A DNA stretch of 64,000 nucleotides from Actinomycetales bacterium (GTDB taxonomy: Bacteria; Actinomycetota; Actinomycetes; Actinomycetales; JAHECE01): NCBI GenBank assembly GCA_029975645.1, contig JARKOU010000002.1:2987-66986 (forward strand), read 5' to 3'. The notes beneath the pieces are model-generated. The model had not been told where the DNA came from, did not search any database, and saw only the letters and a list, made by a program, of their open reading frames with translations. Below are positions 45,531 through 55,546 of this stretch, in pieces; within the stretch, counting starts at the first letter, position 1; each line of letters opens with the position of its first letter. Made by a program: the position numbers and the translations under genes.

Positions 45531-46567
45531 GCACCCAGCAGTCGCCGCACGGCCACGGCACCGTGGCTCCGCGCGGGCACGCGACCGGCGAGGTCGCCGA
45601 GCGGTTCGAGAACCCCGGACTTCCCCCGCACCGGCACCGCCGCGCCGACTCCGACCCGGACGCCGCCAAGCGCGCGGAACGCCAGGTCGCGGTCCTCTTC
45701 GGGATCTCCATCCTCGGCACCATCGCCGCGCTCTGGGCCTACTTCGCCCTCCCTCTCGAAGGCACCATCGCCTCGGTGCGCACCTCCAACCTGGTCCTCG
45801 GCGTCGGTCTCGCCCTCGGGATGACCGGCATCGGCCTCGCGGCGATCCACTGGGCGAAGACGCTCATGAGCGACGTCGAACGCGTCGACGAGAGGCACCC
45901 GATCCGAAGCGACGACGACGTTCGCGAGACCGCCGTGCAGATGCTCAAGGACGGCGCCGCGGACTCGGGAATCGGGCGGAGGCCTCTCCTGAAGGGGGCC
46001 CTCGTCGGCGCCGTCGCCTTGGCTCCTCTGCCCTTCGTGGTGCCGCTCGTCGGCAACCTCGGCGGAAGCTGGGACGTGGGCGCCCTCAAGCAGACGGCGT
46101 GGCGCGCCGGTCGCCGGCTCGCCATCGACCCCACCGACGTCCCCATCAAGGCATCCGACGTCACGATCGGTTCCATCTTCAGCGTCATGCCCGAGGGCCT
46201 GCCGGACGAGCCGCACTACCTGGAGGAGAAGGCGAAGGCGGTGGTCATCCTCCTGCGCCTCGATCCCCGCGACCTCACGGAGGCGGAGGACCGCAAGGGC
46301 TGGTCGTACGAGGGAATCATCGCCTACTCGAAGATCTGCACGCACGTCGGTTGCCCCGTCGCGCTCTACGAGCAGCAAACGCACCACCTGCTGTGCCCCT
46401 GCCACCAGTCGACCTTCGACGTGGCCGACGGCGCCAAGGTCCTCTTCGGCCCCGCGAAGCGCCCGCTGCCGCAGTTGCCGATCACCGTGGACGACGAGGG
46501 TTACCTGATCGCCCAGAGCGACTTCACCGAACCCGTCGGACCTAGTTTCTGGGAGCGTCTGAAGTGA
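45527..46567 (+). CDS. qcrA: Cytochrome bc1 complex Rieske iron-sulfur subunit
   Basis: The Rieske motifs are CTHVGCPV and CPCHQSTF. The start ATG 45527 overlaps the qcrC stop (ATGA). Confidence 0.9.
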   Translation: MSTQQSPHGHGTVAPRGHATGEVAERFENPGLPPHRHRRADSDPDAAKRAERQVAVLFGISILGTIAALWAYFALPLEGTIASVRTSNLVLGVGLALGMTGIGLAAIHWAKTLMSDVERVDERHPIRSDDDVRETAVQMLKDGAADSGIGRRPLLKGALVGAVALAPLPFVVPLVGNLGGSWDVGALKQTAWRAGRRLAIDPTDVPIKASDVTIGSIFSVMPEGLPDEPHYLEEKAKAVVILLRLDPRDLTEAEDRKGWSYEGIIAYSKICTHVGCPVALYEQQTHHLLCPCHQSTFDVADGAKVLFGPAKRPLPQLPITVDDEGYLIAQSDFTEPVGPSFWERLK

Positions 46568-48243
46568 GCACCTCGACGGTAGGCCGCGCCGCAGGGGCGA
46601 CCGGCGACTTCCTCGACACCCGTGTCGGCGCCGCCAAGGCGGTGAAGGAGTTCGCCCGCAAGGTCTTCCCGGACCACTGGTCGTTCGAACTCGGGCAGAT
46701 GGCTCTCTGGAGCTTCGTCGTCCTCCTGCTCTCGGGCACGTTCCTCACGATGTTCTTCGTCCCATCGATGACGTTGGTGACCTACCCCGACGACGCCCTC
46801 CCCGTGGCGATGCAGGGTGTCACGATGTCCGAGGCCTTCGCCTCGACGCTGCACCTCTCGTTCGAGGTGCGTGGCGGCCTCCTCATGCGCCAGATCCACC
46901 ACTGGGCAGCCCTGGTCTTCATGGCAGCGATCGTGGTTCACATGATGCGCGTCTTCTTCACCGGCGCCTTCCGGAAACCTCGAGAGCTCAACTGGCTCAT
47001 CGGCTTCACCCTCATGGTGCTCGGCCTCGTCGCCGGCTTCTCCGGCTACTCGCTCCCGGACGACGTGCTCTCGGGGAACGGCCTGCGCATCACCGACGGC
47101 ATCACCAAAGCCGTGCCCGTCATCGGCAGCTACGCCTCGTTCCTCATCTTCGGCGGGGAATTCCCGGGCGAGGTCCTGATCCCGCGGCTCTTCACGGCAC
47201 ACGTGCTCCTCATCCCCGGCCTGATCCTCGCCCTCGTCGCCGCCCACCTCATGCTCGTCGTGGTGCACAAGCACACCCAGTACCCCGGTCCTGGCCGGTC
47301 GAACACCAACGTGGTCGGCCTCCCGCTGTTCCCGATCTACATGGCCAAGGCCGGCGGGTTCTTCTTCGTGGTCTTCGGCGTCCTGGCCCTCATGGGCGCC
47401 ACGATGTCCATCAACCCGATCTGGAACTACGGCCCCTACGACCCGTCCCCCGTCTCGGCCGGCGCACAGCCCGACTGGTACATGCTCTTCATGGACGGCG
47501 CGGTCCGGATCATGCCCGGGGCCGCCGAAGTGGTCATCGCCGGCTTCACGATCCCGTTCAACGTCATCGTCCCGGCCATGGTCCTCCCGGGCATCCTGCT
47601 CGGCGGCTTCGCGCTGTACCCCTTCATCGAGGCCTTCGCGACCGGGGACAAGAACGAGCACCACGTACTCGACCGTCCTCGTAACCGGCCCGTCCGCACA
47701 GGCATCGGTGTCGCGTTCCTGTCCGCCATGGTCGTGCTGGCCGTGGCCGGAGCGAACGACATCGTCGCGACCCACTTCAGACTCTCCATCAACCTCATCA
47801 CCAACGTGATCCGGGTGCTGCTCTTCGTCCTGCCCGTCGTGGCGTTCTGGGCAACCAAGCGCATCTGCCTCGGACTCCAGCGCCGCGACCGCGAGATCGT
47901 CCTTCACGGACGCGAGACCGGAACGATTGTCCGGTTCGCCTCAGGCGAGTACATCGAGGTCCACAAGCCACTCGACGAGTACGAGCGCTGGGTCCTGGTC
48001 TCCTACGACTCGCCCACGATCCGCGAGATCGCACCCGCCACGGACGCCCGCGGGGTTCGGCGCAAGGGCTACCGGCTGGACCGCCTGCGACGCGCGGTGT
48101 CCCGCTTCTTCTACCAGGACCGCATCGCCCCGGTGACGCCGGCCGAACTCGCCGCCGCACAGTCCCACGGGGAGCACGACGCCATCACCGGAGCCGGCGA
48201 AGCACCGGCACTCACGACGTCCGGCACACCCGGCAACGGGTGA
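46564..48243 (+). CDS. qcrB: Cytochrome bc1 complex cytochrome b subunit
   Basis: This long actinobacterial cytochrome b reads WSFELGQMALWSF...RQIHHWAALVFMAAIVVHM...PDWYMLF. The start GTG overlaps the qcrA stop. Confidence 0.9.
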   Translation: MSTSTVGRAAGATGDFLDTRVGAAKAVKEFARKVFPDHWSFELGQMALWSFVVLLLSGTFLTMFFVPSMTLVTYPDDALPVAMQGVTMSEAFASTLHLSFEVRGGLLMRQIHHWAALVFMAAIVVHMMRVFFTGAFRKPRELNWLIGFTLMVLGLVAGFSGYSLPDDVLSGNGLRITDGITKAVPVIGSYASFLIFGGEFPGEVLIPRLFTAHVLLIPGLILALVAAHLMLVVVHKHTQYPGPGRSNTNVVGLPLFPIYMAKAGGFFFVVFGVLALMGATMSINPIWNYGPYDPSPVSAGAQPDWYMLFMDGAVRIMPGAAEVVIAGFTIPFNVIVPAMVLPGILLGGFALYPFIEAFATGDKNEHHVLDRPRNRPVRTGIGVAFLSAMVVLAVAGANDIVATHFRLSINLITNVIRVLLFVLPVVAFWATKRICLGLQRRDREIVLHGRETGTIVRFASGEYIEVHKPLDEYERWVLVSYDSPTIREIAPATDARGVRRKGYRLDRLRRAVSRFFYQDRIAPVTPAELAAAQSHGEHDAITGAGEAPALTTSGTPGNG

Positions 48244-48395
48244 CGCCGGCCCACCGGGTGCCCGAGCCATCAGGAGGGCTCAGACACCCGACCTGGGGTA
48301 CCCGGTGACATCACCGCGCTACGCTCCGCGGTCGCCGCGTGCCTCGACCGGTGGCCCGCACCGGGCGGACCACCCTCCGAACGGAGGAAACCCAC

Positions 48396-49022
48396 ATGGC
48401 CGACTACACGCTCCCCGACCTGCCGTACGACTACGGGGCACTCGAGCCCCACATCTCCGGCAAGATCATGGAACTGCACCACGGCAAGCACCACGCCGCG
48501 TACGTGGCCGGCGCGAACGCCGCACTGGCGCGCCTCGCGGAGGCCCGGGAGAAGGGCGCTTTCGACGCCGTCAACATGCTCGAGAAGAACCTTGCGTTTA
48601 ACTTGGGCGGCCACGTCAACCACTCCGTCTTCTGGCGGAACCTCTCACCCGAGGGCGGCGAGCGACCGGACGGCGAACTCGCCGCGGCTATCGATGAGCA
48701 CTTCGGTTCCTTCGAGGGCTTCACCGCGCACTTCTCCGCCGTGGCCAACGGCGTTCAGGGATCCGGCTGGGCCATCCTCGCCTGGGAGTCCATCGGCCAG
48801 AAGCTCGTCGTGGTCCAGCTGTACGACCAGCAGGCCAACCTCGCGATCGGCCTGGTCCCGCTCCTGATGCTCGACATGTGGGAGCACGCGTTCTACCTGC
48901 AGTACCTCAACGTCAAGGCCAACTACGTGACCGCGTTCTGGAACGTGGTCAACTGGTCCGACGTCAGCGCTCGCTTCGAGGCCGCCCGCACCCGCACGAC
49001 CGGCCTCATCGTGCCCGCCTAG
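48396..49022 (+). CDS. sodA: Fe/Mn superoxide dismutase
   Basis: [33 protein letters not shown]...[26 protein letters not shown] lies 8 nt before ATG 48396. Confidence 0.9.
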   Translation: MADYTLPDLPYDYGALEPHISGKIMELHHGKHHAAYVAGANAALARLAEAREKGAFDAVNMLEKNLAFNLGGHVNHSVFWRNLSPEGGERPDGELAAAIDEHFGSFEGFTAHFSAVANGVQGSGWAILAWESIGQKLVVVQLYDQQANLAIGLVPLLMLDMWEHAFYLQYLNVKANYVTAFWNVVNWSDVSARFEAARTRTTGLIVPA

Positions 49023-49055
49023 GACGTATGCCGGGTCCGCCTGCCCGCACAATTC

Positions 49056-49094
49056 GATGGCCCTGGCAACCCGTTCACGGGTGCCAGGGCCATC
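49056..49094. terminator. Bidirectional intrinsic terminator hairpin between convergent sodA and ctaF
   Basis: A perfect 13-bp stem pairs GATGGCCCTGGCA (49056-49068) with TGCCAGGGCCATC (49082-49094) around a 13-nt loop. It is followed by the T-rich GCCTTGTGATTCTTTCTGTG. Confidence 0.6.
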
Positions 49095-49178
49095 GCCTTG
49101 TGATTCTTTCTGTGCTAGCTGTGCAGACCGACGTCGAGGGCGTCAGCACCCTTCGAGGGTGCAGCCGGCGGCCGTCGC

Positions 49179-49625
49179 CTAGTGAGCGTGCTGGCCGCGA
49201 GAGAACTCGAAGAGGAGACCGACCAGGCCGATCACGGCGAGCACGGCTCCCACTCCGCTGATCCAGAAGCCGAGCGCGAGTCCTAGGAAGACCAGGGCCA
49301 CGGCGATGCCCAGGACCAACGGCCACCAGCTCCAGGGGCTGAACACCCCGACCTCTCCGGCGCCTTCCTCGATCTCCCCGAGAGGGTTGTCCTCCGGGCG
49401 CGGATCCACCCGGTTGCCGAGGACCCAGAGGTACGCCCCGACGAGACCACCCAGGCCACCGAGGAGAAGCAGCGCGACCATGCCGACCGGTTCGATCTGA
49501 TCGCGGTAGGTCCAGGTCAGGTAGGCGTAGATCGCTCCCAGCACCAGGAAGATGCCCGCGCTGCCGGCGAAGAGGTAGGCCTCGGTACGCAGCGGCTTGC
49601 GCGCCGTCGTGGGTTCGGTGCTCAT
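49179..49625 (-). CDS. ctaF: Cytochrome c oxidase subunit IV (actinobacterial CtaF)
   Basis: This 148-aa four-TM protein lies immediately downstream of ctaD with an overlapping stop/start, as in actinobacterial ctaD-ctaF. It contains [10 protein letters not shown]. Confidence 0.8.
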   Translation of the reverse strand: MSTEPTTARKPLRTEAYLFAGSAGIFLVLGAIYAYLTWTYRDQIEPVGMVALLLLGGLGGLVGAYLWVLGNRVDPRPEDNPLGEIEEGAGEVGVFSPWSWWPLVLGIAVALVFLGLALGFWISGVGAVLAVIGLVGLLFEFSRGQHAH

Positions 49626-51325
49626 CGGGAACCTCCGGCGAACTGGTCGAGCAGCTGGCGATCGGGCTCAGCGTGGTCGAGCGCCGCGACCTCGGGATGG
49701 TGCAGGTCGAATGCGGGGCGCTCCGACCGGATACGAGGAAGCGAGACGAAGTTGTGGCGCGGCGGCGGGCAGGATGTGGCCCACTCCAGCGACATCCCGT
49801 ACCCCCACGGGTCGTCGACCGTCACCTTGGGCGCGGAGCGCCAGGTGATGTAGACGTTCCACAGGAACGGCAGCGTGGAGGCGGCCAGGACGATCGAGCC
49901 GACCGTCGAGACCTGGTTGCCGAGGGTGAAGCCGTCCTCCGCCAGGTAGTCGGCGTACCGCCGGGGCATACCGATCACGCCGAGCCAGTGCTGCACGAGG
50001 AACGTCGTGTGGAAACCGATGAACAGCAGCCAGAAGTGGACCTTGCCGAGGCGGTCGTTGAGCATCTTTCCGGTGAACTTGGGCCACCAGAAGTAGAAGC
50101 CGGCGAACATCGCGAAAACCACCGTGCCGAACACCACGTAGTGGAAGTGCGCCACCACGAAGTAGCTGTCGGAGAGGTGGAAGTCGAGGGCGGGGCTCGA
50201 GAGGATCACCCCGGTCAGGCCACCGAAGAGGAACGTCACCAGGAAGCCGATGGACCAGAGCATCGGCGACTCGAAGGTCAGCTTCCCGCGCCACATGGTG
50301 CCGATCCAGTTGAAGAACTTCACTCCGGTCGGCACAGCGATGAGCATCGTCATGAGCGCGAAGAAGGAGAGCATCACCGCGCCCGTCGTGTACATGTGGT
50401 GCGCCCACACCGAGACGGAGAGCGCCCCGATGGCGATGGTCGCGAAGATCAGGCACTTGTAGCCGAAGATCGGCTTGCGGGAGAACACCGGGAGGATCTC
50501 GGAGACGATCCCGAAGAACGGCAGCGCGATGATGTAGACCTCGGGGTGGCCGAAGAACCAGAAGAGGTGCTGCCAGAGGATGGCACCGCCGGTAGCCGGG
50601 TCAAAGATGTGCGCCCCGAACATGCGGTCCGCCGCAAGTCCGAAGAAGGCCGCGGCCAGCACGGGGAACGCCATCAGCACGAGGATCGATGTGATGAGGA
50701 TGTTCCAGGTGAAGATGGGCATCCGGAACATCGTCATGCCCGGTGCGCGCATCGTGATGATCGTGGTGATGAAGTTGACGGCACCGAAGATCGTGCCGAA
50801 GCCGGTCATCGCGAGGCCGACCACCCAGAGATCCCCCCCGACGCCCGGTGAGAAGGTGGTCGAGGACAGCGGCGCGTAGGCGAACCAGCCGAAGCTCGCG
50901 GCGCCCTTCGGCGTGAAGAAGCCCGCGCACGCGATGAGGCCGCCGAAGAGGTATAGCCAGTACGCGAACATGTTCATCCGCGGGAAGGCCACATCCGGCG
51001 CGCCGATCTGCAACGGGACGAGCACGTTCGCGAACCCGGCGAAGAGCGGGGTCGCGAAGAGCAGCAGCATGATCGTGCCGTGCATCGTGAAGAACTGGTT
51101 GTACTGCTCTTTGCTCTGCAGGACCTGCATCCCCGGCTCGAAGAGCTCGGCCCGGATGACCAGGGCCATCAGGCCACCGATGCAGAAGAACACGAACGAC
51201 GAGATCAGGTACATGTACCCGATCGTCTTGTGGTCGGTGGAGGTGATCCACTTCACCACCGTGCGGCCGAAGTTCTGCCGCGACGGCTCCAGGCCCGGGA
51301 TGGTGGGCGTCGTCGTCGTAGCCAT
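49622..51325 (-). CDS. ctaD: Cytochrome c oxidase subunit I
   Basis: [15 protein letters not shown]...GGDLW...[10 protein letters not shown]...HHMYTTG...VAHFHYV shows the canonical haem-copper oxidase motifs. Confidence 0.95.
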   Translation of the reverse strand: MATTTTPTIPGLEPSRQNFGRTVVKWITSTDHKTIGYMYLISSFVFFCIGGLMALVIRAELFEPGMQVLQSKEQYNQFFTMHGTIMLLLFATPLFAGFANVLVPLQIGAPDVAFPRMNMFAYWLYLFGGLIACAGFFTPKGAASFGWFAYAPLSSTTFSPGVGGDLWVVGLAMTGFGTIFGAVNFITTIITMRAPGMTMFRMPIFTWNILITSILVLMAFPVLAAAFFGLAADRMFGAHIFDPATGGAILWQHLFWFFGHPEVYIIALPFFGIVSEILPVFSRKPIFGYKCLIFATIAIGALSVSVWAHHMYTTGAVMLSFFALMTMLIAVPTGVKFFNWIGTMWRGKLTFESPMLWSIGFLVTFLFGGLTGVILSSPALDFHLSDSYFVVAHFHYVVFGTVVFAMFAGFYFWWPKFTGKMLNDRLGKVHFWLLFIGFHTTFLVQHWLGVIGMPRRYADYLAEDGFTLGNQVSTVGSIVLAASTLPFLWNVYITWRSAPKVTVDDPWGYGMSLEWATSCPPPRHNFVSLPRIRSERPAFDLHHPEVAALDHAEPDRQLLDQFAGGSR

Positions 51326-52185
51326 CAGCCCTTCGCCTCCTCGGCGCTCATGCCCCGGTCGAGTTCCGCACCGAGTTCGCCGGTCTGCCCCAGTGCTCGG
51401 AGTTCGTCCATGTGCGCGTCGAACTCCTCACGCGAGACCACGGCGACGTTGAACAGCATGTCCGAGTGGTACTCGCCGCAGAGCTCTGCGCACTTGCCCT
51501 GGTAGAGCCCCTCGCGTTCCGGAACCACCTGGAACACGTTGGTCCTCCCCGGGATCACGCCCATCTTGAACAGGAACGCCGGAACCCAGAACGAGTGGAT
51601 GACGTCTCGCGAGTTGAGGGTGAACTCGACACGCTCACCCACCGGCAGGTAGAGCGTCGGGAGGGTCTCCTCGACGCCCGGTTCGCCGTTGTTGGTCGCC
51701 TGGACGCCGGACTCCCAGACCCCCTCGTCCAGGTAGTTGAAGTCCCAGCTCCACATCTTCCCGTAGACGCCAACTTGCACGTCAGGCTCCGCGGACGTGT
51801 CCACGATCGCGCCCATGTCCCGCTGCGTGTAGAAGAAGAGCACGCCGATCATGAGGATCGGGACCACGGTGTACATCAGTTCCAGCGGAACGTGGTAGCG
51901 CAGCTGGACGGGAAGCGTCTCGTCACCCTTGCGCTTGCGGTACACCACCACGCACCAGACGGTGAGGCCCCACACGAGAACACCGACGGCGAGCGCCGCG
52001 ATCCATGACCCGGTCCACAAGGTCACGATCCGGTCGGTCTGGTTAGTCACGCCGGGTTCGCCGGGCAGGAAGCCCCGCTCGACGTTCTCGACGGCGCAAC
52101 CTGCGCTGAGGAGCGCCACGGCGAGCGCGAGGACTCCGGTGCGCGCGAACGTCCTTCGCCTCGTGCGATGGGGGGGCGTGGGCAC
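51325..52185 (-). CDS. ctaC: Cytochrome c oxidase subunit II (lipoprotein-type signal)
   Basis: The CuA site is [11 protein letters not shown]...[12 protein letters not shown]. The lipobox LSAGC lies in the N-terminus. The stop overlaps the ctaD start by 1 nt. Confidence 0.9.
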   Translation of the reverse strand: MPTPPHRTRRRTFARTGVLALAVALLSAGCAVENVERGFLPGEPGVTNQTDRIVTLWTGSWIAALAVGVLVWGLTVWCVVVYRKRKGDETLPVQLRYHVPLELMYTVVPILMIGVLFFYTQRDMGAIVDTSAEPDVQVGVYGKMWSWDFNYLDEGVWESGVQATNNGEPGVEETLPTLYLPVGERVEFTLNSRDVIHSFWVPAFLFKMGVIPGRTNVFQVVPEREGLYQGKCAELCGEYHSDMLFNVAVVSREEFDAHMDELRALGQTGELGAELDRGMSAEEAKG

Positions 52186-52403
52186 GGATGCGGCCTTTCG
52201 ACGACGTCGTGCGCGGCTCGGTGCCGGGTAGCGGCCACCGAACGCCTAGGACCTTTGTCCTGTAACCCCACACACTAGCGCTCAACAGGCGGTTCGTGCC
52301 TCACCGACGTCGTATCCACCGGGGCGTTCACCGAGTGCCGACCTGGCACTCTCGGCACCTGCCGCACTCTCATCGGGAACGGCGGCGGACCTAGGGTGTC
52401 AGC

Positions 52404-53588
52404 ATGACGGACGGCGCACCGCCACTCACCTTCGCGGACAGACGGACCTACCTCGACGCGGGTGGACGGGCGCCGCTCCATCCTCGGGGACGCGCCGCGC
52501 TGGACGCCGCCCTCTCGGAGGGTTGGGCCGACCCACGACGGCTCCACTCCGAGGGACGTCGCGCACGACTTCTGCTCGACGGCGCTCGGGAGTCCCTCGC
52601 CGCCGCCGTCGGTGCCCGCACGGAGGAAGTCCACTTCGCGCCATCGCTCACCCAGGCGCTGCACCACGCCGTGCTCGGCGTGGCTGCCGGCCGCCGACGC
52701 GTGGGCGGGACGGTCGCCGTGAGCGCTGTCGAACGTGCCGCGGTGCTCCACGCGGCGACGCTCGCCACGAGGCGGCACGCCGAGGGGCGCGTCGACGTGG
52801 TCCCGGTGGACGCCACCGGGCGAGTGGACGTCCACGCCCTGAACCGCACCATCGCCGGGCCCGGCTGCGCGCTCGCCGCCCTGCAGCACGCAAACGGGGA
52901 GGTCGGCACCCGCCAGCCCGTGGCCGAGGTCCTCGCGGCGGCGCGGGCAGCCGGGGTGCCGCTCCTGGTCGACGCCGGGGCGAGCCTCGGACACGTGGCG
53001 GTCGGCCCGGACTGGGACGTGCTCGCGGCCGATCCGGCGGACTGGGGCGGACCCTCGGGGGTCGCGCTGCTTGCGGTCCGCCGCCGCGTGCGGTGGTCGC
53101 GGGCATGGCCGGAGGACGACGCCGAGGCCGGTTGGTTCCCCGGTGGCGTGAGCGTCCCGCTCGCGTTGGCGGCGGCCGCGGCCCTGGAGGCCGCACTCGC
53201 CGAGCGCGCGACCGAGGACGCCCGACGGCGGGCGCTGGTGGACGTGATGCGCGCGCGGATCGCGCAGGAGGTGCCCGACGTGGTCGTCGTCGGGGATCCC
53301 GAGGACCGGCTCCCCCACGTCGTGACCTTCTCCTGCCTGTTCGTGGACGGCGAGGCCCTGGTCACCGAGTTGGACCGCCTCGGTTTCGCGGTCGGCTCGG
53401 GCTCGGCGTGCACGTCGTCCACGCTCGAGCCCAGCCACGTCCTCACCGCCATGGGCGTGCTCACCCACGGGAACGTGCGGGTGGTCCTTCCTGCGGGGAC
53501 CGAGGCGGCGTCGGTCCACCGGTTCTGCGACGTCCTGCCCGGTGCCGTGGCGCGGGTTCGCGCCCTCCTCGGCGTGGAGGGCCTGTGA
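52404..53588 (+). CDS. Cysteine desulfurase family protein (class V aminotransferase, NifS/IscS-like)
   Basis: The fold pattern includes LDAGGRAPLHP...ANGEVGT...GSGSACTSS (active-site Cys loop). It overlaps the downstream TusA-like gene (GTGA). Confidence 0.75.
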   Translation: MTDGAPPLTFADRRTYLDAGGRAPLHPRGRAALDAALSEGWADPRRLHSEGRRARLLLDGARESLAAAVGARTEEVHFAPSLTQALHHAVLGVAAGRRRVGGTVAVSAVERAAVLHAATLATRRHAEGRVDVVPVDATGRVDVHALNRTIAGPGCALAALQHANGEVGTRQPVAEVLAAARAAGVPLLVDAGASLGHVAVGPDWDVLAADPADWGGPSGVALLAVRRRVRWSRAWPEDDAEAGWFPGGVSVPLALAAAAALEAALAERATEDARRRALVDVMRARIAQEVPDVVVVGDPEDRLPHVVTFSCLFVDGEALVTELDRLGFAVGSGSACTSSTLEPSHVLTAMGVLTHGNVRVVLPAGTEAASVHRFCDVLPGAVARVRALLGVEGL

Positions 53589-53851
53589 CGATCAGCACGC
53601 CCGACGGCGCGGGCGCCGTCCTCCTGGACGCCACCGGGCAGCGCTGCCCGCTCCCGGTCATCGCGCTGGCCAAGGTGGCCCGGGGGCTTGCCCCTGGGGC
53701 CCTCGTGGTGGTCATCGCGACAGATCCCGCGGCTCGGCACGACATCCCGGCGTGGGCCCGCCTACGCGGGCACGAGGTGCTGGAGATCACCGAATCCGAG
53801 CCCGGAACCTGGCGCCTGGCCGTGCGTATCGTCGCGCCGCGCACCGCCTGA
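53585..53851 (+). CDS. TusA-family sulfurtransferase (sulfur carrier)
   Basis: The 88-aa product reads LLDATGQRCPLPVIALAK with the CPxP active-site motif. GTG 53585 overlaps the desulfurase stop. The gene is not separately listed in the ORF track; it lies in the frame of ORF 52523-53851. Confidence 0.75.
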   Translation: MTISTPDGAGAVLLDATGQRCPLPVIALAKVARGLAPGALVVVIATDPAARHDIPAWARLRGHEVLEITESEPGTWRLAVRIVAPRTA

Positions 53852-53877
53852 ACAGACGCGTCTCCCGCGCTTCGCGG

Positions 53878-54819
53878 TCAGCCGGCCGTGGTCGAGATCT
53901 GGGCCACGATGTCCAAGACGACGGCGATCGCCTGCGTCTCACCCTCGGCGGGGAGCTCGATGAGAACTCGGCTACCCACCGGAACTCCGACGAGTCTGTC
54001 CAAGACGCCACCGGTCCCGATCTCGGGCGCGGCCGGAGAGCCCATGACCCAGGTCGACTGCTGGTTCGTGTTGTCCCAGAACGTCAAGGCGTACTGGACC
54101 ACGAGTTGTCCCGGCTGGGCGGGAGCGCCGGCCGCGGTGGCGAGCACCGTGGTCGAACTCTCGGTGGGCCCCGGGGCGCCCTCCGGAATCGAGATGGTCG
54201 CCGGCTGACCGAGGTTGCCCTCGATGACCGGGGTCACGCTCGCGGCCTCCGGCGTCGGCACGGCGTCGGGCGAGCCGGCCACGTCCGGGTGGTACGTGTC
54301 GATGATGTCGACCACGAAGGTGAGGGTGTCCGTGCCGGCAATCCCCGCCGCGGAGTTGCCTGCGGAGCCGTAGCCGTACTCGGGCGGGATCGTCATGACC
54401 ACCCGGCTGCCCGTCTGCTGCCCCACGAGAACGGCGTCCCAGCCTTGGATGGCTCGACCGATGCCGATCTGGAACGGGGCGGGGTAGCCCCGGTCATAGG
54501 AGTTGTCGAACACGTCGCCATCCCAGACCTGACCGAGGTAGTTGACCACGATCAGGTCGCCGGGCCCGACTACGTCGCCGTCTCCAGGAACGAGCACCTC
54601 GGCCTGCAGCCCGCCCGAAGGCTCCGCGTCCGGGAACACCAGACTCGGCTTTTCCCCGAACGCTCCGCTCACCTCAGGAAACGGCCCCTCGTTGCCGACC
54701 TCCACCGTCTGGGTGGTGGGGGTTGCCGACGGGGTGTCCTCGACCTCGCCGCCTGTGGTGCCGCACCCGGTGAGCCCCAGGGCGGCAGCGAGGAGGAGAG
54801 GGAGAACTAGACGACGCAC
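53878..54819 (-). CDS. FKBP-type peptidyl-prolyl cis-trans isomerase lipoprotein
   Basis: The lipobox is LLLAAALGLTGC. The FKBP core is VVNYLGQVWDGDVFDNSYDRGYPAPFQIGIGRAIQGWDAVLVGQ..GSRV...IPPEYGYG. A second degenerate FKBP-like unit follows. The start is GTG 54819. Confidence 0.8.
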   Translation of the reverse strand: MRRLVLPLLLAAALGLTGCGTTGGEVEDTPSATPTTQTVEVGNEGPFPEVSGAFGEKPSLVFPDAEPSGGLQAEVLVPGDGDVVGPGDLIVVNYLGQVWDGDVFDNSYDRGYPAPFQIGIGRAIQGWDAVLVGQQTGSRVVMTIPPEYGYGSAGNSAAGIAGTDTLTFVVDIIDTYHPDVAGSPDAVPTPEAASVTPVIEGNLGQPATISIPEGAPGPTESSTTVLATAAGAPAQPGQLVVQYALTFWDNTNQQSTWVMGSPAAPEIGTGGVLDRLVGVPVGSRVLIELPAEGETQAIAVVLDIVAQISTTAG

Positions 54820-54965
54820 GCGTGGCTCCGGTTCACGAGAGGTAGGCACCGCCCCTGGCGGCGCCCTCAGCATGCCACGGGCACCTGTGCGCCACCCCGA
54901 CGCCGCCGGGCCGGTGGCCCGGCGGGTCGATGTCCTCAGGGCGTCCGGGCGAACCGGCGCGGCTG

Positions 54966-55319
54966 TCAGTGGAACGAGTCGCCGCAGGCGCAGGAGCCCT
55001 GCGCGTTCGGGTTGTCGATCGTGAAGCCCTGCTTCTCGATGGTGTCGGCGAAGTCGATGGTGGCCCCAGCGAGGTACGGCACGCTCATCCGGTCCACAAC
55101 CACCTCCACGCCGCCGAACTCGCGCAGGGCGTCGCCGTCCAGGAGGCGCTCGTCGAAGTAGAGCTGGTAGATCAGGCCGGAGCAGCCGCCGGGCTGGACC
55201 GCCACGCGCAGGCGCAGGTCGTCGCGACCCTCCTGCTCGAGGAGTCCCTTCACCTTCGCGGCGGCGACGTCGGTCAGGACCACGTCGTGGGTGGCGGCGT
55301 GGGTGCTCGTCTCGGTCAT
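54966..55319 (-). CDS. erpA: HesB/IscA-family iron-sulfur cluster insertion protein
   Basis: LRVAVQPGGCSGLIYQLYFD...FTIDNPNAQGSCACGDSF carries the CGCG-type C-terminal motif. The start is ATG 55319. Confidence 0.85.
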   Translation of the reverse strand: MTETSTHAATHDVVLTDVAAAKVKGLLEQEGRDDLRLRVAVQPGGCSGLIYQLYFDERLLDGDALREFGGVEVVVDRMSVPYLAGATIDFADTIEKQGFTIDNPNAQGSCACGDSFH

Positions 55320-55546
55320 CGGTGGTCTCCAGGCTGCTGGCGCGGGCGTGTGCAGGACGGCGGGACGCTGCCCCGGTGCGGGATCGGGGGACGTCGAGGC
55401 AATGGTCTCGATCCCCTCAACCCGCGGGGACTCGGCGATGTTCCCCGGATCGTCGATGTTCTTCCCATCAGGGTACGACGTCGCGGCTCGCACTCCGCGC
55501 GGGGTCGCGCTCGCGGACGGGCCGGCCCCGGTGAGGCGTTGTACCC

